NCBI GenBank assembly: GCA_963836075.1
Contig: CAWIIB010000009.1
Location: 576,001 to 640,000 of the forward strand
Length of the DNA: 64,000 bases
Reading direction: 5' to 3'
DNA from: an uncultured Acidobacteriota bacterium
GTDB lineage: Bacteria; Acidobacteriota; JAQAZP01
Below, piece by piece: positions 41,144 through 53,153 of this stretch. How positions within the stretch are numbered: the first letter of the stretch is position 1; each line of letters opens with the position of its first letter. The notes under the pieces were generated by a model. That model was not told where the DNA came from and did no database searches. It worked only from the letters and a program-made list of their open reading frames with translations. The position numbers and the translations under genes are program-made.

Positions 41144-41569
41144 TCAGGGCAGCCCCGCCGGCCGGGTTTCGACCCCGCCGGCCCGCAGTGTGCCCTTGAT
41201 CTCCAGGACATGGAAAATCCAGATATGGTCCTGGTCATCCTGCCTGGCCTTGACCACCACCTGCGGGCTGCTTTCGCCGGTGGTGGTGATCGACCGGGGG
41301 TCGAGGTCGAATTCGGCCTTCTGGAAATAAGCCGCCCGCTGGCGAAAGCCTTCCGCATTGGTCCAGGTGCCGCCGTCCCGGGCCCATAGCTCCTCGACCC
41401 GGGCCTGGTCCCCGGCCTGGAAAGCCTCGATCAGGGCAATCACCACTTCGACTTCAGGAGACACCTCCTGCGCCCCCGGGGCTGCGTCCGACAGATCGGC
41501 GGCAGTGGAACCTCCACATCCGCAGACCACAATCAGGAACAGCAGAATCCACGATCTCATTTTCGACAT
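41144..41569 (-). CDS. Putative lipoprotein
   Basis: VCGC lipobox; RBS aggagg. Confidence 0.7.
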   Translation of the reverse strand: MSKMRSWILLFLIVVCGCGGSTAADLSDAAPGAQEVSPEVEVVIALIEAFQAGDQARVEELWARDGGTWTNAEGFRQRAAYFQKAEFDLDPRSITTTGESSPQVVVKARQDDQDHIWIFHVLEIKGTLRAGGVETRPAGLP

Positions 41570-41650
41570 ACTCTCACCCTCCTGGTTGGATAGATCGTTG
41601 TCTTGTGTCACCCACCGCTTCCGCAGCATCGACCGAGAACCGCCTCGCCC

Positions 41651-42235
41651 CTACCAGGGCGAACTGATCCTGGCCCGGAAACGTCCTTCGGTGAGTACCA
41701 TGTTGGGCAGAGTATTGTCGGTGTGCGGGAGGGAGACTTCGGTGAAACTGCCTTCCACCACGCCGTCAGCGCCAAACTTTTCCACGTGGATCCTGCCCGG
41801 TCCGGCCCATTCCTCACCGCTCTCATCGATGAAGCCGAACCCGATGGACGCCATGGCGAGCATCGGATCCATCGGCTTGCTCATGTCTTTGGATGGGGGC
41901 AGGTCCGCCGGAAAGGCCGCCTTCTTCAGATCCAGCGAGAGAAAAATAATCCTCAGACTCTCGCCGGAACCGGCCGCGGGAAAGGCTTTGATCGCGCTCG
42001 ATACCGGCGTGTAGAAGTTATCGCCGGCCGGCAGGTGATCATAACGCTTCGCTATCCCATCCGCCTCGAAGACAAAACTCCCCTCAACCACGGCTTCCTT
42101 GACCGGTTGGGCCACCGCTTTATCCGGCGACGATGAGGTGCGAGCGGTCTTCTCCGGTGCCGCCTCTCCTCCCGCTCCGCAGCTGAACAGAGAGACCGCT
42201 ACGATCAGGGTTATCATCAGAATTCGAAGATGCAT
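41651..42235 (-). CDS. Putative lipoprotein
   Basis: LFSC lipobox; RBS aaggag. Confidence 0.75.
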   Translation of the reverse strand: MHLRILMITLIVAVSLFSCGAGGEAAPEKTARTSSSPDKAVAQPVKEAVVEGSFVFEADGIAKRYDHLPAGDNFYTPVSSAIKAFPAAGSGESLRIIFLSLDLKKAAFPADLPPSKDMSKPMDPMLAMASIGFGFIDESGEEWAGPGRIHVEKFGADGVVEGSFTEVSLPHTDNTLPNMVLTEGRFRARISSPW

Positions 42236-42511
42236 CTTCCACTCCTTCTGAACACCCGACTGGATTCTCAGTCGATTCTGTTTTATCGATAAAATTTGTC
42301 TACCATTAACAGGATAGGGGAATTTCTCCCCCCGGTCAAGCGGCCGCCAGCTCCCGGCAGACCGCAGGAAGGGATGGAATGATCAAAATGAACAAGGAGT
42401 TGAGTTAGTAGAGAAAATTTTGTGTTTTCAATGGGAAAGTCGAAAAATTGACCAGGAAATAGCGGAATCCGATGGTGATACGCTGAAATATGACCTGCTT
42501 GCAGGCATATT

Positions 42512-43900
42512 TCAGGGTTTTCCCTTCAAACCGGTCATCGTCCCGGGCTCGAGCAGCTGTTTCAGCTGATCCTCGGGCATGTCGGTCATCTCCAGGGCCA
42601 CCTCGAGCACCGGGCGACCTTCGGCGTAGGCCCGTTTGGCGATGGCCGCGGCCTTTTCGTACCCCACCACCGGATTGAGCGCCGTCACCAGAATCGGGTT
42701 GCGGGCCAGGGCCTGGCCCAGCCGCTCCCGGTTGACCGTGAAGCCGGCGATGGCCCGGTCGGCCAGCAGGCGGGCGCTGTTGCTCAACAGTGCGATACTC
42801 TCCAGCAGGTTGCGGGCGATCAGCGGCAGCTGCACGTTGAGCTGGAAGCTGCCCGACTGGCCGGCCAGGGCGACGGCCGCGTCGTTGCCCACCACCTGGG
42901 CGCAGACCATGGCCACCGACTCGGGGATCACCGGGTTGACCTTGCCCGGCATGATGCTGCTGCCGGGCTGCAGGGCGGGCAGCGCGATCTCCCCCAGCCC
43001 GGCCAGCGGGCCGGAGTTCATCCAGCGCAGATCGTTGGCGATCTTGGTCAGACCCACGGCCAGGGTCCGCAGCTGGCCGCTCATCTCCACCGCCGCATCC
43101 TGGCCGCCCATGGCGGCGAAGTGGTCACCGGCAATCTCGAAATCGATGCCGGTCTTCTCCGACAGCCGACGGGCCACACCATCGGAAAAGCGCGGGTGGG
43201 CGTTGAGACCGGTGCCCACTGCAGTGCCGCCCAGGGCCAGGCGCCGGAGACGCGCCAGCGAACCCTCGATGCGCTCGATCCCTTCCCGCACCTGGGCTGC
43301 CCAGCCGCCCAGTTCCTGGCCCAGGGTCAACGGCAGGGCATCCATCAGGTGGGTCCGGCCGGTCTTCACCACGCCGGACAGCTCCACCGCCCGGGCCTCG
43401 ATGGTCTCGGCCAGGTGGTCCAGGGCGGGCAGCAGCCGCCGGTGAATCTCCAGGCAGGCGGCCAGGTGTATGGCCGATGGGACCACGTCGTTGCTGCTCT
43501 GCCCCATGTTCACCTGGTCGTTGGGGTGGACCGGCTCCTCCAGACGTTCGGAAGCGATGCGGGCGATCACCTCGTTGGCGTTCATGTTGCTGCTGGTCCC
43601 CGACCCGGTCTGGAAGACGTCCACCGGGAACTGGCCGTCGTGCTTCCCCTCCTCCACCTCGGTGGCCGCCGCGGCGATGGCCTCGGCCACCCCGGCGTCG
43701 AGGAGGCCCAGTTCGGCGTTCACCGCGGCCGCGGCGCCCTTGATCATGGCCAGCGCCCGGATGAACGGCAGCGGCATGGCCATCCCGCTCACCGGGAAAT
43801 TCTCCACCGCCCGCTGGGTTTGTGCGCCGTAAAGGGCGTCGGCCGGAACCTCGATCTCACCCAGGCTGTCGTGTTCGGTGCGGGTTGCTTCGTCGCTCAT
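42512..43900 (-). CDS. fumC: Class II fumarate hydratase
   Basis: [19 protein letters not shown] and [11 protein letters not shown] motifs. Confidence 0.96.
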   Translation of the reverse strand: MSDEATRTEHDSLGEIEVPADALYGAQTQRAVENFPVSGMAMPLPFIRALAMIKGAAAAVNAELGLLDAGVAEAIAAAATEVEEGKHDGQFPVDVFQTGSGTSSNMNANEVIARIASERLEEPVHPNDQVNMGQSSNDVVPSAIHLAACLEIHRRLLPALDHLAETIEARAVELSGVVKTGRTHLMDALPLTLGQELGGWAAQVREGIERIEGSLARLRRLALGGTAVGTGLNAHPRFSDGVARRLSEKTGIDFEIAGDHFAAMGGQDAAVEMSGQLRTLAVGLTKIANDLRWMNSGPLAGLGEIALPALQPGSSIMPGKVNPVIPESVAMVCAQVVGNDAAVALAGQSGSFQLNVQLPLIARNLLESIALLSNSARLLADRAIAGFTVNRERLGQALARNPILVTALNPVVGYEKAAAIAKRAYAEGRPVLEVALEMTDMPEDQLKQLLEPGTMTGLKGKP

Positions 43901-43934
43901 CGGGGGTCCTCCTCTCGCTGGTCTACGATATATC

Positions 43935-45233
43935 TTAATGCCTGTGGACCCCAAGTTGCACCACGTCCCGGCCGAAGATCAGGTCGAGGGTCCAGTCGAG
44001 GGCCACCCGCACCTTGCGCGCCAGACCCGGCATCTTGGAGAGGTAGACTGAGCGCCAGAGAAACCAGGCCAGGAACCCGGAGAGCTTGATCCCGAAAATC
44101 TTCGCCACCCCGGTGCGGCAGCCCAGGGCGGCCAGGGTGCCGATGGTCTTGTAGACGAAGGGCCGGGGTTTCTCGCCGGCGGCCAGCCGCAGCAGCGTCC
44201 GGGCCAGGTGCACCCCCTGGCGCACGGCGTTCTGTGCCGTGGGGGCATAGGCTTTTCCCTCAGGGTCGGGGTTGATCGCCGCGTCGCCGATGGCCCAGAC
44301 ATTGTCGAAACCGCGGACCCGCAGGTCCGGCTCGCAGAGGATGTAGCCCAGCTTGTCGAAGGGCAGCGGCAGCCGGGCCAGCAGCGGGTTGGGCGCGATC
44401 CCGGCGCACCAGATCACCGTCTCGCTCTCCAGCCGCCGGCCGTCACCCAGCATCACGTGATCAGCGGCGATGGAGTGGACCGAGCTTTCGAGCAGCAGAT
44501 CGATGCCCCGGGCCGTGAGCTTCTCCGCCGCGTAGGCGGAAAGGTCTTCGTCCAGGGCGGGGAGGATCCGCTCGCTGATTTCGACCATGCTCACCCTGCA
44601 GAGGCCCGGGTTGAGGCTGGGGTAGTGCTCGCACGCCTCGGCAAGGAACTCGCTAAACTCGCCAGCCACCTCCACACCGGTGAAGCTGCCGCCCACCACC
44701 ACGAAGTGCAGCAGCCGGCGGCGCTGCTCCTCCGAGCCGGCGGCGTCGGCCCGCTCCAGAACCTGGATCGCGTGGTCCCTGAGGGCCACCGCCTCCACCA
44801 GGCTCTTCAGCTCGAACCCGTGTTCCCGCAGCCCCTCGATGGGCGGCAGCCGGGTGACGCTGCCCAGCGAGATCACCAGCTGATCGTAGTGCAGCTGTTC
44901 GACCACGTCCGACCCCGACATGCGGTAGGAGACGGTTTGCGCGCCGGTGTCCACCCCCTCGATGTCGGCCATGCGGAAGGTGCAGCGGCCGGTGAAGTCG
45001 CGGATGGAGACCACGGTGTGCCTCGGGTGCAGGCTGCCGGTGCCCGCCTCCACAAGCAGGGGGTAGAAGATGAAGTAGTTGTGGCGGTCGATGATGGTGA
45101 CGTCCACCTCGCCCCGCCGCACGGCCCTGTCCAGCGCCTGGGCGCAGTAGGCCCCGCCGAACCCGCCGCCCAGGATCACCAGGTGCGGCCGCGGACGGCC
45201 GTTGGCCCTAACCGTGACATCTCCCCTCTTCAT
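43935..45233 (-). CDS. ndh: Type II NADH dehydrogenase (FAD-dependent oxidoreductase)
   Basis: [23 protein letters not shown] and AQ.A.RQG motifs. Confidence 0.88.
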   Translation of the reverse strand: MKRGDVTVRANGRPRPHLVILGGGFGGAYCAQALDRAVRRGEVDVTIIDRHNYFIFYPLLVEAGTGSLHPRHTVVSIRDFTGRCTFRMADIEGVDTGAQTVSYRMSGSDVVEQLHYDQLVISLGSVTRLPPIEGLREHGFELKSLVEAVALRDHAIQVLERADAAGSEEQRRRLLHFVVVGGSFTGVEVAGEFSEFLAEACEHYPSLNPGLCRVSMVEISERILPALDEDLSAYAAEKLTARGIDLLLESSVHSIAADHVMLGDGRRLESETVIWCAGIAPNPLLARLPLPFDKLGYILCEPDLRVRGFDNVWAIGDAAINPDPEGKAYAPTAQNAVRQGVHLARTLLRLAAGEKPRPFVYKTIGTLAALGCRTGVAKIFGIKLSGFLAWFLWRSVYLSKMPGLARKVRVALDWTLDLIFGRDVVQLGVHRH

Positions 45234-45402
45234 TCCACATCTCCTGGAGCATCATGGCCCCGGATTAATTATGGAACCTAGAGCGAATTAGTCAATCATT
45301 AAATTGAGGGAGGAGAGCCTGTCATTGCGAGCGAAGCGAAGCAATCTCCATTTCAGCCCTAATGGCTCTTTTGAGATTGCTTCGTCGCCTTCGGCTCTAA
45401 CC

Positions 45403-45807
45403 TTGAGAAGACCGTAGGCATGGAGCTTCCGGATCCACTGGCAGTCAAGCACGTCCGTCTTCTTCCGCCCCGGCACGTTCCTGGACTGGCGGGCATCCAC
45501 CAGTACCACCTCCAGCCCATGCTGCTCCAGCACATTGGCCACCGGGACCCAGTAGACCCCGGTACCTCTCCATCGCTACTGTCGTGACGCCGCAACTGGT
45601 CAGCCAACGGCCCATCTCATGCAGGTCAGGTGTCTTGCAGTCAAACGAACGAACCGGCTGCTCATCCCGCTCCGGTGATACCGCCACCAGATGCTTGCGG
45701 GATCCCACGTCGATACCAGCCGCCGAAGGGTTGACCTGCTCCATCGTCTCGTCCAGCTTCTTCATCTTTGACCGTGACTTCTCTCGCTTCTTCTTGCTAT
45801 CCTTCAT
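45403..45807 (-). pseudogene. IS110 transposase N-terminal DEDD domain only
   Basis: AAGIDVGS..VAME(STGVYW)..KKTDVLDCQWI..HAYGLL; no C-terminal domain. Confidence 0.88.
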
Positions 45808-45810
45808 CTG

Positions 45811-46034
45811 ACAGTTCCTTGTGTGGTGGTTAACTTCTGGCCCTGGCCCGGAGGAGATCGTCGAGTAATCTCTTAAACGGGATAGCTTCGTTCGGGCGCC
45901 TAACCAGAATCGGAGCTTCACCAATCAGACCTTCTCCTACCCCGGAACCAGGCTCGCAAGCGGGCAACAGTGCTCCAATGTGCCGCCGGTCATTGCTGCC
46001 AGGACCGTGAAAGCCTAACTGTACAAGGAACTGT
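45811..46034 (-). ncRNA. Candidate IS110 bridge RNA
   Basis: 12-bp closing IR, nested 9-bp stem with G-U on minus, and short matches to both element junctions. Confidence 0.5.
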
Positions 46035-46092
46035 TTCTTTTACATATCTCCCGCTGCCCCAGCGGGTCGGGGGCTCGCAATGACATTTCCGG

Positions 46093-48396
46093 CTATTTCC
46101 GTGCCGCGTGCGGGTGACCTTCGGCGTCGATGGCGGCCAGGGCGGCGATGCTCACCACCTCCTCCACCTCGCAGCCCTTCTGCAGCACGTGGATCGGCAG
46201 CTTCATCCCGGCGAGGATCGGGCCGACGGTGTGGGCCCCGCCCAGCTTGCGCAGCAGCTTGTAGGCGATGTTGCCGCTGGCCAGGTCGGGGAAGAGCAGC
46301 ACGGTGGCGTCCCCCTTGATCCGCGAGAAGGGGAAGAACTCGGTGGCGATATCACTGTCGATGGCGGTGTCCACCTGCATCTCGCCGTCGGCCAGCAGGT
46401 CGGGACAGCGCTCGGCCAGGATCTCCCGGGCCCGGCGCACCTTGGACGAGGCCGGGTGCGGAGCAGAACCGAAGTTGGAGAAGGAGAGCAGCGCCACCCG
46501 CGGTTCGATGTCGAGGCTGCGGGCCACTTCCGCCGCGATCTCGGCCAGGCCGGCCAGCTGTTCGGCGTCGGGCTCGATGTTCACCGTGGTGTCGGAAAAG
46601 ATGAGCAGGCGGTTCTCGAAGATCATCACGTAACTGCCGCTGACCAGCTGGACGCCCATCGGCTCCTTGACCACCTGCAGGGCGGGCCGGATGGTTTCCG
46701 GGTAGTGACCCGTCATCCCGCCCACCATGGCGTCTGCGTCTCCTGCCATCACCATCATCGGGGCGAAGTAGCGGCGGTTGGCCATCAGCTTGGCCGCCTC
46801 GCTGCGGATCAGCCCCTTGCGCTGGCGGTTCTGGAAAAACGACTCGATGTACTCCTCGCGCTTGGGAAAGATCAGCGGGTCGATGATCTCCACGTCACCG
46901 AGCAGTTCCAGGCCCAGCTCCTCGACCCGGGCGCGGATTGCCGCTTCACTGCCCAGCAGCACCGGCTTCGCGATCCCTTCCTCGACGATCTGGTGCGCGG
47001 CGCGGAGGATCTTCGGGTCGTCCCCCTCGGAGAAGACGATGCGTTTCTTGGTCTTCATCGAACGGGCCTTGCCGATCAGCTGGCGCATGAAACGGTGGCC
47101 GGGACCGAGGCGGCTCTCCAGGGCGTTGCGGTAAGCGTCCCAGTCCTCGATCGGCTTCTGGGCCACCCCAGTCTCGCAGGCGGCGCGGGCCACGGCCACC
47201 GTCTCCCAGATCAGCACCCGGGGGTCGAAGGGTTTGGGGATCAGGTATTCCCGGCCGTAGTGCAGCTGATCCACACCGTAGGCCCGGCAGACTTCGTCCG
47301 GCACGTCCTCCTTGGCCAGCTTGGCCAGGGCCCGGGCCGCAGCCACCTTCATCTCCTCGTTGATCGCCCGGGAACGGACGTCCAGGGCGCCGCGGAAGAT
47401 GAAGGGGAAGCCGAGCACATTGTTCACCTGGTTGGGGAAGTCGCTGCGGCCGGTGGCCATGATTACGTCGGGCCGGGCAGCCACGGCTTCGGGGTAGGTG
47501 ATCTCCGGGTCGGGGTTGGCCATGGCAAAGACGATGGGATCGGCGGCCATGGACTGGACCATCTCCCGGCTCACCACGTCGGCCACCGAGACGCCGCAGA
47601 AGACGTCGGACCCCTCCATGGCCTCGGCCAGGGTTCGGCGCCCGGTCTCCGCGGCGAAGCGGGCCTTGTACTTGTTGTATTTCGGGTGGTCGGGATCGAG
47701 GTCCTCGCGGCTGCCGTGGATCACACCCTTGGTGTCGCACATCATGACGTTTTCCAGACGGACGCCGAGGGAGACGTAAAAGTTGGCGCAGGCGATGCCG
47801 GCGGCGCCGGCGCCGTTGCAGACCACCCGCAGGTCCTCCAGCTTCTTCTCCACCAGCTCGGCGGCGTTGACCAGCGCCGCCCCGGAGATGATCGCCGTGC
47901 CGTGCTGGTCGTCGTGGAACACGGGGATGTTCATCGTCCGCTTCAGCGTCTCTTCGATCAGGAAGCATTCGGGGGCCTTGATGTCCTCGAGGTTGATCCC
48001 GCCGAAGGTCGGCTCCAGCAGCTGGCAGGTGCGGATAATCTCCTGCGGATCGAGGGTATCCAGTTCGATGTCGAAGACATCGATATCGGCGAAGCGTTTG
48101 AACAGCACGCCCTTGCCCTCCATCACCGGCTTGCCGGCCAGGGCGCCGATGTTGCCCAGGCCCAGCACCGCCGTGCCGTTGGAGAGCACGGCCACCAGGT
48201 TGCCCTTGGCGGTGTAGAGGTAGGCGTCCTCCGGGTTCTTCTCGATCTCCAGACAGGGTACGGCCACGCCGGGGCTGTAGGCCAGGGAGAGATCGCGCTG
48301 GGTCAGACAGGGCTTGGTGGGCGTGACCTGGATCTTCCCGTGCCTGCCGCGGGAGTGGTATTCGAGAGCCTGCTGCTTCTTGTTCATCTCCTCCAC
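46093..48396 (-). CDS. maeB: NADP-dependent malic enzyme (PTA-domain fusion)
   Basis: [33 protein letters not shown] and DGEMQ motifs. Confidence 0.96.
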   Translation of the reverse strand: MEEMNKKQQALEYHSRGRHGKIQVTPTKPCLTQRDLSLAYSPGVAVPCLEIEKNPEDAYLYTAKGNLVAVLSNGTAVLGLGNIGALAGKPVMEGKGVLFKRFADIDVFDIELDTLDPQEIIRTCQLLEPTFGGINLEDIKAPECFLIEETLKRTMNIPVFHDDQHGTAIISGAALVNAAELVEKKLEDLRVVCNGAGAAGIACANFYVSLGVRLENVMMCDTKGVIHGSREDLDPDHPKYNKYKARFAAETGRRTLAEAMEGSDVFCGVSVADVVSREMVQSMAADPIVFAMANPDPEITYPEAVAARPDVIMATGRSDFPNQVNNVLGFPFIFRGALDVRSRAINEEMKVAAARALAKLAKEDVPDEVCRAYGVDQLHYGREYLIPKPFDPRVLIWETVAVARAACETGVAQKPIEDWDAYRNALESRLGPGHRFMRQLIGKARSMKTKKRIVFSEGDDPKILRAAHQIVEEGIAKPVLLGSEAAIRARVEELGLELLGDVEIIDPLIFPKREEYIESFFQNRQRKGLIRSEAAKLMANRRYFAPMMVMAGDADAMVGGMTGHYPETIRPALQVVKEPMGVQLVSGSYVMIFENRLLIFSDTTVNIEPDAEQLAGLAEIAAEVARSLDIEPRVALLSFSNFGSAPHPASSKVRRAREILAERCPDLLADGEMQVDTAIDSDIATEFFPFSRIKGDATVLLFPDLASGNIAYKLLRKLGGAHTVGPILAGMKLPIHVLQKGCEVEEVVSIAALAAIDAEGHPHAARK

Positions 48397-48496
48397 CTCA
48401 TTTTGCCGGCGCCTGATATGCCCTCACCGGGGCCGTTCCACCGGACAGAGGGCGAATTATACATGGAACGTCACCCGGGGCAAGTGGTTTTCAGGA

Positions 48497-49651
48497 TCAA
48501 TCCAGTTTCTTGCTGAAACGCACCGAGGCAAGGGCGAGGAAGAGGATGCCAAACCCGGCCAGCGCGACGGCCTGGGACCAGAGGGCGGTGATACCGGCGC
48601 CCTTGAGAAATACGCCGCGGAGGATCTCCGCGTAGTAGGTCACGGGGATCAGGCGGCTCACCAGCTGCAGGAACGGCGGCATGCTGTCGACGGGGAAGAG
48701 CAGGCCGGAGAGATAGATCATCGGCAGCATCACCAGGAACGTGGCGGCCATCATCGCCTGCTGTTGTGTGCGCACCAGGGTGGAGACCAGCAGGCCCAGG
48801 CTGAGCATGTTGATCACGAAGAGCAGGGTCAGCCCGACGAGGAGCATAAGCGAGCCCCGCAAAGGCACCCTGAACCAGCCCACCGCGAGGGCGATGACCA
48901 GGAAGAGGTCCACCACGCCGATAATCCCGAAGGGGAGCAGCTTGCCGGCGATGATCTGCCACCCCCTGAGCGGGGTGACGATCAGCTGTTCCATGGTGCC
49001 GATCTCCTTCTCCCGCACCACCCCCATGGCGGAGAGAATCATGGTGATCATCATCAGCACCATGGCCAGCACTGCCGGCACGTAAAACCAGCGGCTGCGC
49101 AGGTCCGGGTTATACCACACCCGGGGCACCAGTTCCGCCTGTCCGGCCAGTTGGAACGGGCGGCCCGAGGCCGCGGACTGACGCCGGAGTTCGGCCAGCC
49201 GCGCAACCAACAGCTCACCGTTGCGCCGGGCCACGATCTGTGCCGCATAGGCCATGCCGCTGGTGGCCGAGGTGGTCTCACTGCCGTCGACGATGAGCTG
49301 CACCGCCGATCGCCGCCCGGCGGCAATGTCACTGCCGAATCCCCGGTCAATAACCAGCCCGATCTGCGCCCGGCCGCTGACCAGCCACGGCTCAACCGCC
49401 CCGGCAGCCTCCTCGCTGCCCAGCAGTTCGAAGTAACCCGAGCCGGTGAAGTCCCGGGCCAGCTGGCGGCTCTCCGCTGACCGATCCAGGTCCACCAGCA
49501 CCATGGGGAGGAGGTTGACGTCGAGGTTGGCCGCGTAGCCCAGGAACAGGAGCTGCAACGCCGGGGCGATGATCGCCACACGCAGCATCACCGGATCACG
49601 CAGCAGTTGCTGGAACTCCTTGCGGATCATGGCCAGGAGCATACGAAACAT
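48497..49651 (-). CDS. ABC-2 permease (YbhR-like)
   Basis: WYNPDL..VREKEIGTMEQLIVTP. Confidence 0.92.
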   Translation of the reverse strand: MFRMLLAMIRKEFQQLLRDPVMLRVAIIAPALQLLFLGYAANLDVNLLPMVLVDLDRSAESRQLARDFTGSGYFELLGSEEAAGAVEPWLVSGRAQIGLVIDRGFGSDIAAGRRSAVQLIVDGSETTSATSGMAYAAQIVARRNGELLVARLAELRRQSAASGRPFQLAGQAELVPRVWYNPDLRSRWFYVPAVLAMVLMMITMILSAMGVVREKEIGTMEQLIVTPLRGWQIIAGKLLPFGIIGVVDLFLVIALAVGWFRVPLRGSLMLLVGLTLLFVINMLSLGLLVSTLVRTQQQAMMAATFLVMLPMIYLSGLLFPVDSMPPFLQLVSRLIPVTYYAEILRGVFLKGAGITALWSQAVALAGFGILFLALASVRFSKKLD

Positions 49652-50781
49652 TACCCCCCCTTCCTGGCGAAGCGAATCGCGGCCAGGGCCAGTAGCACCA
49701 CGCTCAGCAAAGTCAGGGCCCCGCACTGGCGCCAGAACGGGGCCAGCGTCGCCCCCTTGAGCATGATGCCGCGCAGGATCTCCAGATAGTAACGGGTGGG
49801 CACGAGGAAGGAGAGCCCCTGGAGAAACAGCGGCATGTTGCGCAGGGGAAAGATGAACCCGGAGAGGAGCAGCGCGGGCAGCATGGAGACGAGGATGCCC
49901 AGCTGGAATGCCACGGCCTGAGTATCGGTGATGGTGGAGATGAGCAGCCCGATGCAGAACCCGCCCAGCAGGTACAGCGCCGTGGCCAGAAAGAGATCGA
50001 AATAGGAGCCGCGGACCGAAACCCCGAAGAGCAGCCGCGCGGCAACCAGGATGATGACGGTTGAGGCCAGGCAGATGCCGAGAAAGGGCAGGGTCTTGCC
50101 CAACAGGATCTGCACCGTGCTTAGCGGTGCCACGCTCAGCTGCTCCATGGTGCCCCGCTCTGTCTCGCGCACCACCGAAAGGGCGGTGGAGAGCACCGCG
50201 GTGATCATCAGGATGAAACCGATGAGGCCGGGCACCAGAAAGTGGGACGACAGCAGCTGGGGGTTGTACCAGACCCGGGGCTCCACTTCGACAAGGGTAT
50301 CGAGAACCGCACTGCCGCCCGCCGCCCGCAGGGTGCGGGCCAGATGTTCCGCGTTCCAGGTCTGGAGCAGGGCAGTGGCATAGCCGAAGGCGGTGTTGGC
50401 GGTAATGGCATCGGTGCCGTCGATGATCAGCTGCACCGGAGCGCTTCTTCCGGCGGCCAGGTCGCTGCCGAATGTTTCGGGGATGACCAGCGCGGCCCGG
50501 GCGCCGCCGGCCTGGAACAACGCGTGAATATCTCCCGTCCGGGCCGGCCCCGCCGCCGGGCTAAAACGCCGGGAGTTGAAGAAGGCGGCCTGCAGCTCGC
50601 GGCTCGCCGGCGTCAGGTCCCGGTCCTCCACGGCCAGCGGCAGGTCCCAGACGTCGAAGTTCACCGCATATCCGAAAACCACCAGCATGAAGGCCGGCAG
50701 GCCGAGGAGCATTGCCAGAAAGAGCGGATCGCGGCTGATCTGCCGCATCTCCTTCACCGCAATGGCCCAGATCTTCCTCAT
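49651..50781 (-). CDS. ABC-2 permease (YbhS-like)
   Basis: KEMRQISRD..WYNP..RETERGTMEQL. Confidence 0.92.
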   Translation of the reverse strand: MRKIWAIAVKEMRQISRDPLFLAMLLGLPAFMLVVFGYAVNFDVWDLPLAVEDRDLTPASRELQAAFFNSRRFSPAAGPARTGDIHALFQAGGARAALVIPETFGSDLAAGRSAPVQLIIDGTDAITANTAFGYATALLQTWNAEHLARTLRAAGGSAVLDTLVEVEPRVWYNPQLLSSHFLVPGLIGFILMITAVLSTALSVVRETERGTMEQLSVAPLSTVQILLGKTLPFLGICLASTVIILVAARLLFGVSVRGSYFDLFLATALYLLGGFCIGLLISTITDTQAVAFQLGILVSMLPALLLSGFIFPLRNMPLFLQGLSFLVPTRYYLEILRGIMLKGATLAPFWRQCGALTLLSVVLLALAAIRFARKGG

Positions 50782-51764
50782 CACCCTGACCCTTCCGCCG
50801 TTTCGATGGCCCGGATGAAAACGTCTTCCAGCGAAGGGACGATTCGCTGGGCCGCGGCACCCGGCAGGCCCCGGTGCTGGAGGAGATCGATGACCCGGCG
50901 CTCCAGCCCGGGCTCGTCCCCGGCCACCAGGTGCAGCTGCGTTCCGAAGGCGATCACATCGTGGACCCATGACTGACCGTCAAGCAGGTCGATGGCCGCC
51001 TGGACGTCGGGACAGGTGACCTCGAGCACCGCCTGGCCGCCGAAGACGTCTTTCATTTCACTCACCGTGCCCAGCGAGATGAGGCGACCGGCATGCATCA
51101 GGGCCAGCCGGTGGCAGTGCTCCGCCTCGTCCATGTAGTGGGTGGTGACGAAAACCGTGGTCCCGCCGGCAGCCAGCTGGTCGATCAGCTCCCAGAACTC
51201 GCGGCGGGAGATGGGATCCACCCCGCCTGTGGGTTCGTCGAGAAAGACGATTTCCGGCTCATGGAGCAACGCGCAGACCAGGGCCAGCCTCTGCTTCCAG
51301 CCCCCGGGGAGTTCGCGGGTGACCAGCCGTTCTTTCCCCTTCAGCCCGGCCGTCTCCAGGGCCCACGCTTCACGCTGGCGCTGCCGGCTCGCATCCAACC
51401 CATAGACCCCGCCGAAGAAGCTGATGTTCTGCCCCACGCTGAGATCCTCGTAGAGGCTGAAGCGCTGGCTCATGTATCCGATACGCCTCTTCACCTCCTC
51501 GGGTCTGGCGGCCACATCCAGCCCCAGCACCCGGGCAGTGCCCTCGGTGGGCGACAGCAGGCCGCAGAGGATGCGGATCACCGTGGTTTTACCGGCGCCG
51601 TTGGAGCCGAGAAAGCCAAAGATTTCGCCGCGGTGTACCGAGAAGTCGACCTTGTCCACCGCGGTGAAGCTGCCGAACCGGCGGGTCAGGCCACGCACCT
51701 CCACCACCGTCTCAACCCCGTTCTCCGGTTTGGCCCGACTGTCAGGATTCATGCTCTGCTCCAT
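50781..51764 (-). CDS. ABC transporter ATP-binding protein
   Basis: GSNGAGKTT, LPGG and FLDEPT motifs. Confidence 0.94.
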   Translation of the reverse strand: MEQSMNPDSRAKPENGVETVVEVRGLTRRFGSFTAVDKVDFSVHRGEIFGFLGSNGAGKTTVIRILCGLLSPTEGTARVLGLDVAARPEEVKRRIGYMSQRFSLYEDLSVGQNISFFGGVYGLDASRQRQREAWALETAGLKGKERLVTRELPGGWKQRLALVCALLHEPEIVFLDEPTGGVDPISRREFWELIDQLAAGGTTVFVTTHYMDEAEHCHRLALMHAGRLISLGTVSEMKDVFGGQAVLEVTCPDVQAAIDLLDGQSWVHDVIAFGTQLHLVAGDEPGLERRVIDLLQHRGLPGAAAQRIVPSLEDVFIRAIETAEGSG

Positions 51765-51777
51765 CCCCGCCGGCCGG

Positions 51778-53153
51778 TCACCGCCCCAGCACCCTGGTCA
51801 GGCGGGCCTGGCCGAGCTGGATCTGGATTTCCGCCGCAGTGCGCGAGAGCCCGGCTTGCAGCAGGGCCACTTCGGCGTCCAGCATTTCGGAGGAAGCGAG
51901 CAGGCCTTCGCGGTAGCGATCCCCGGCCACCTTGCGGTTCTCCTCGGCCGAAGCCAGACCGGCGCCGGCAACCGGCAATGCCGCCCGGGCCGCTGCCAGT
52001 TCGTGCCAGGTGGCGGTGACCTGCTCGCGGATGGTGAGGTCCAGAGACTCCAGCCGCCGGGCCGCCGCCTCGGCTTCGCTCTCCGCCCGTTCCACACGGG
52101 CCCGACGCTTGCCGCCGTCCCAGAAGCGGTAGGTCAGGTTGAGCGACACGTCCCAGGTGTCGTTGAATTCGTCCACCGGCGGAAGGATCAGCATGTTCGG
52201 CCGGGAGTACTCGGTACCCGGCTCCGGCGCTGATCACCGGCTTGTATTCGGCGCGTTCCCGCTCCACCGCGGCCCGCGCCGCCTCCACCCGCGCCGCCAG
52301 AGCAGCCCGCTCGGGGCGTGCGGCCAGCGCTTCGTCGATCAGTTCGCTCAATTCCGCTGCGCTGTCATCCTCCTCCAACGGGCGGCCTTCGACCTCGATC
52401 ACCGCCTCCGGAGGCAATCCCAGCAAGCTGGCCAGGCGGGCGGCCGCCACCGCCCGGTCGCGTTCGGCCTCCAACCTGTCCAGCAGGGCTTTGTCCCGCT
52501 CCACCTGCACGGCCAGCAGGTTGTTCTTTGCCGCCAGGCCGAAACGGATGCGGTTTTCCACATCGGCCAGGTGCGATTCGAACGCTTCGATCCCGGCAAC
52601 ATAGACCCGGGCCTGTTCCTCGGCGAACAGTACCTCTGAAGAAGGCGTCGGTGACCCACAGGCGGAGGTCGTCCTCGGCCACCGCCAGGTCTCCCGCCGC
52701 GGCGGCGGTGGACCACTGGGCGGCCTCGGTACCCCAGCGGGTTCGGCCGCCGGTGTAGAGCGGAACCCGCAGGTCCAGCATCGCTCCGTAACGGTTGGGG
52801 ATGTTGGGGAAGACCACGTTCCGTGACCCGTCGGGCTGGGTGATGGCATATTCGGGGACATCGGACAGGCGCGAGGCCCGCGCCGACGCATCCAGGTCGG
52901 GCATCCGGACCGATTGAGCCAGCCGTTCGGACGCTTCACCTGCCCGGATCAACGCACGCCGTTCCTCGAGGATTGGCGAGTCTTCTTCAGCCATGGCCAG
53001 CGCCTGCTCGAGGGTCAGCCGGACAACGACTTCTTCCGCGGCCGGCGGCATGTACACCTCTTCACTCCCCTGCGCCGATGCGGCCGCGGCCAGAACCATG
53101 CAGACGGCCATGGTGAGAAACAGACGTTGTACTCTATTCGTCCGGAGTGGCAT
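51778..53153 (-). CDS. TolC-family outer-membrane efflux protein (two apparent +1 frameshifts at ~52633 and ~52213)
   Basis: LTLEQAL..PLYTGG, ALAARPE and YREGL..EMLDAE are spread over three frames. Confidence 0.85.

Larger units (their letters stand above)
45397..46075 (-). mobile_element. Internally deleted IS110-family element
   Basis: Flanked by CT (AG on minus) on both sides; about 270 nt non-coding end plus truncated transposase. Confidence 0.8.
45320..46085. repeat. REP-like palindrome split by an IS110 insertion
   Basis: tgtcattgcgag..gaagcaatctc / gagattgcttc.. [insert] ctcgcaatgaca. Confidence 0.8.

Noticed and set aside
45989-45996. gtcattgc match to the REP arm as an extra guide
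   Set aside because: It appears to lie in a local stem (gcagcaatg/cactgttgc on minus) and may be coincidental.
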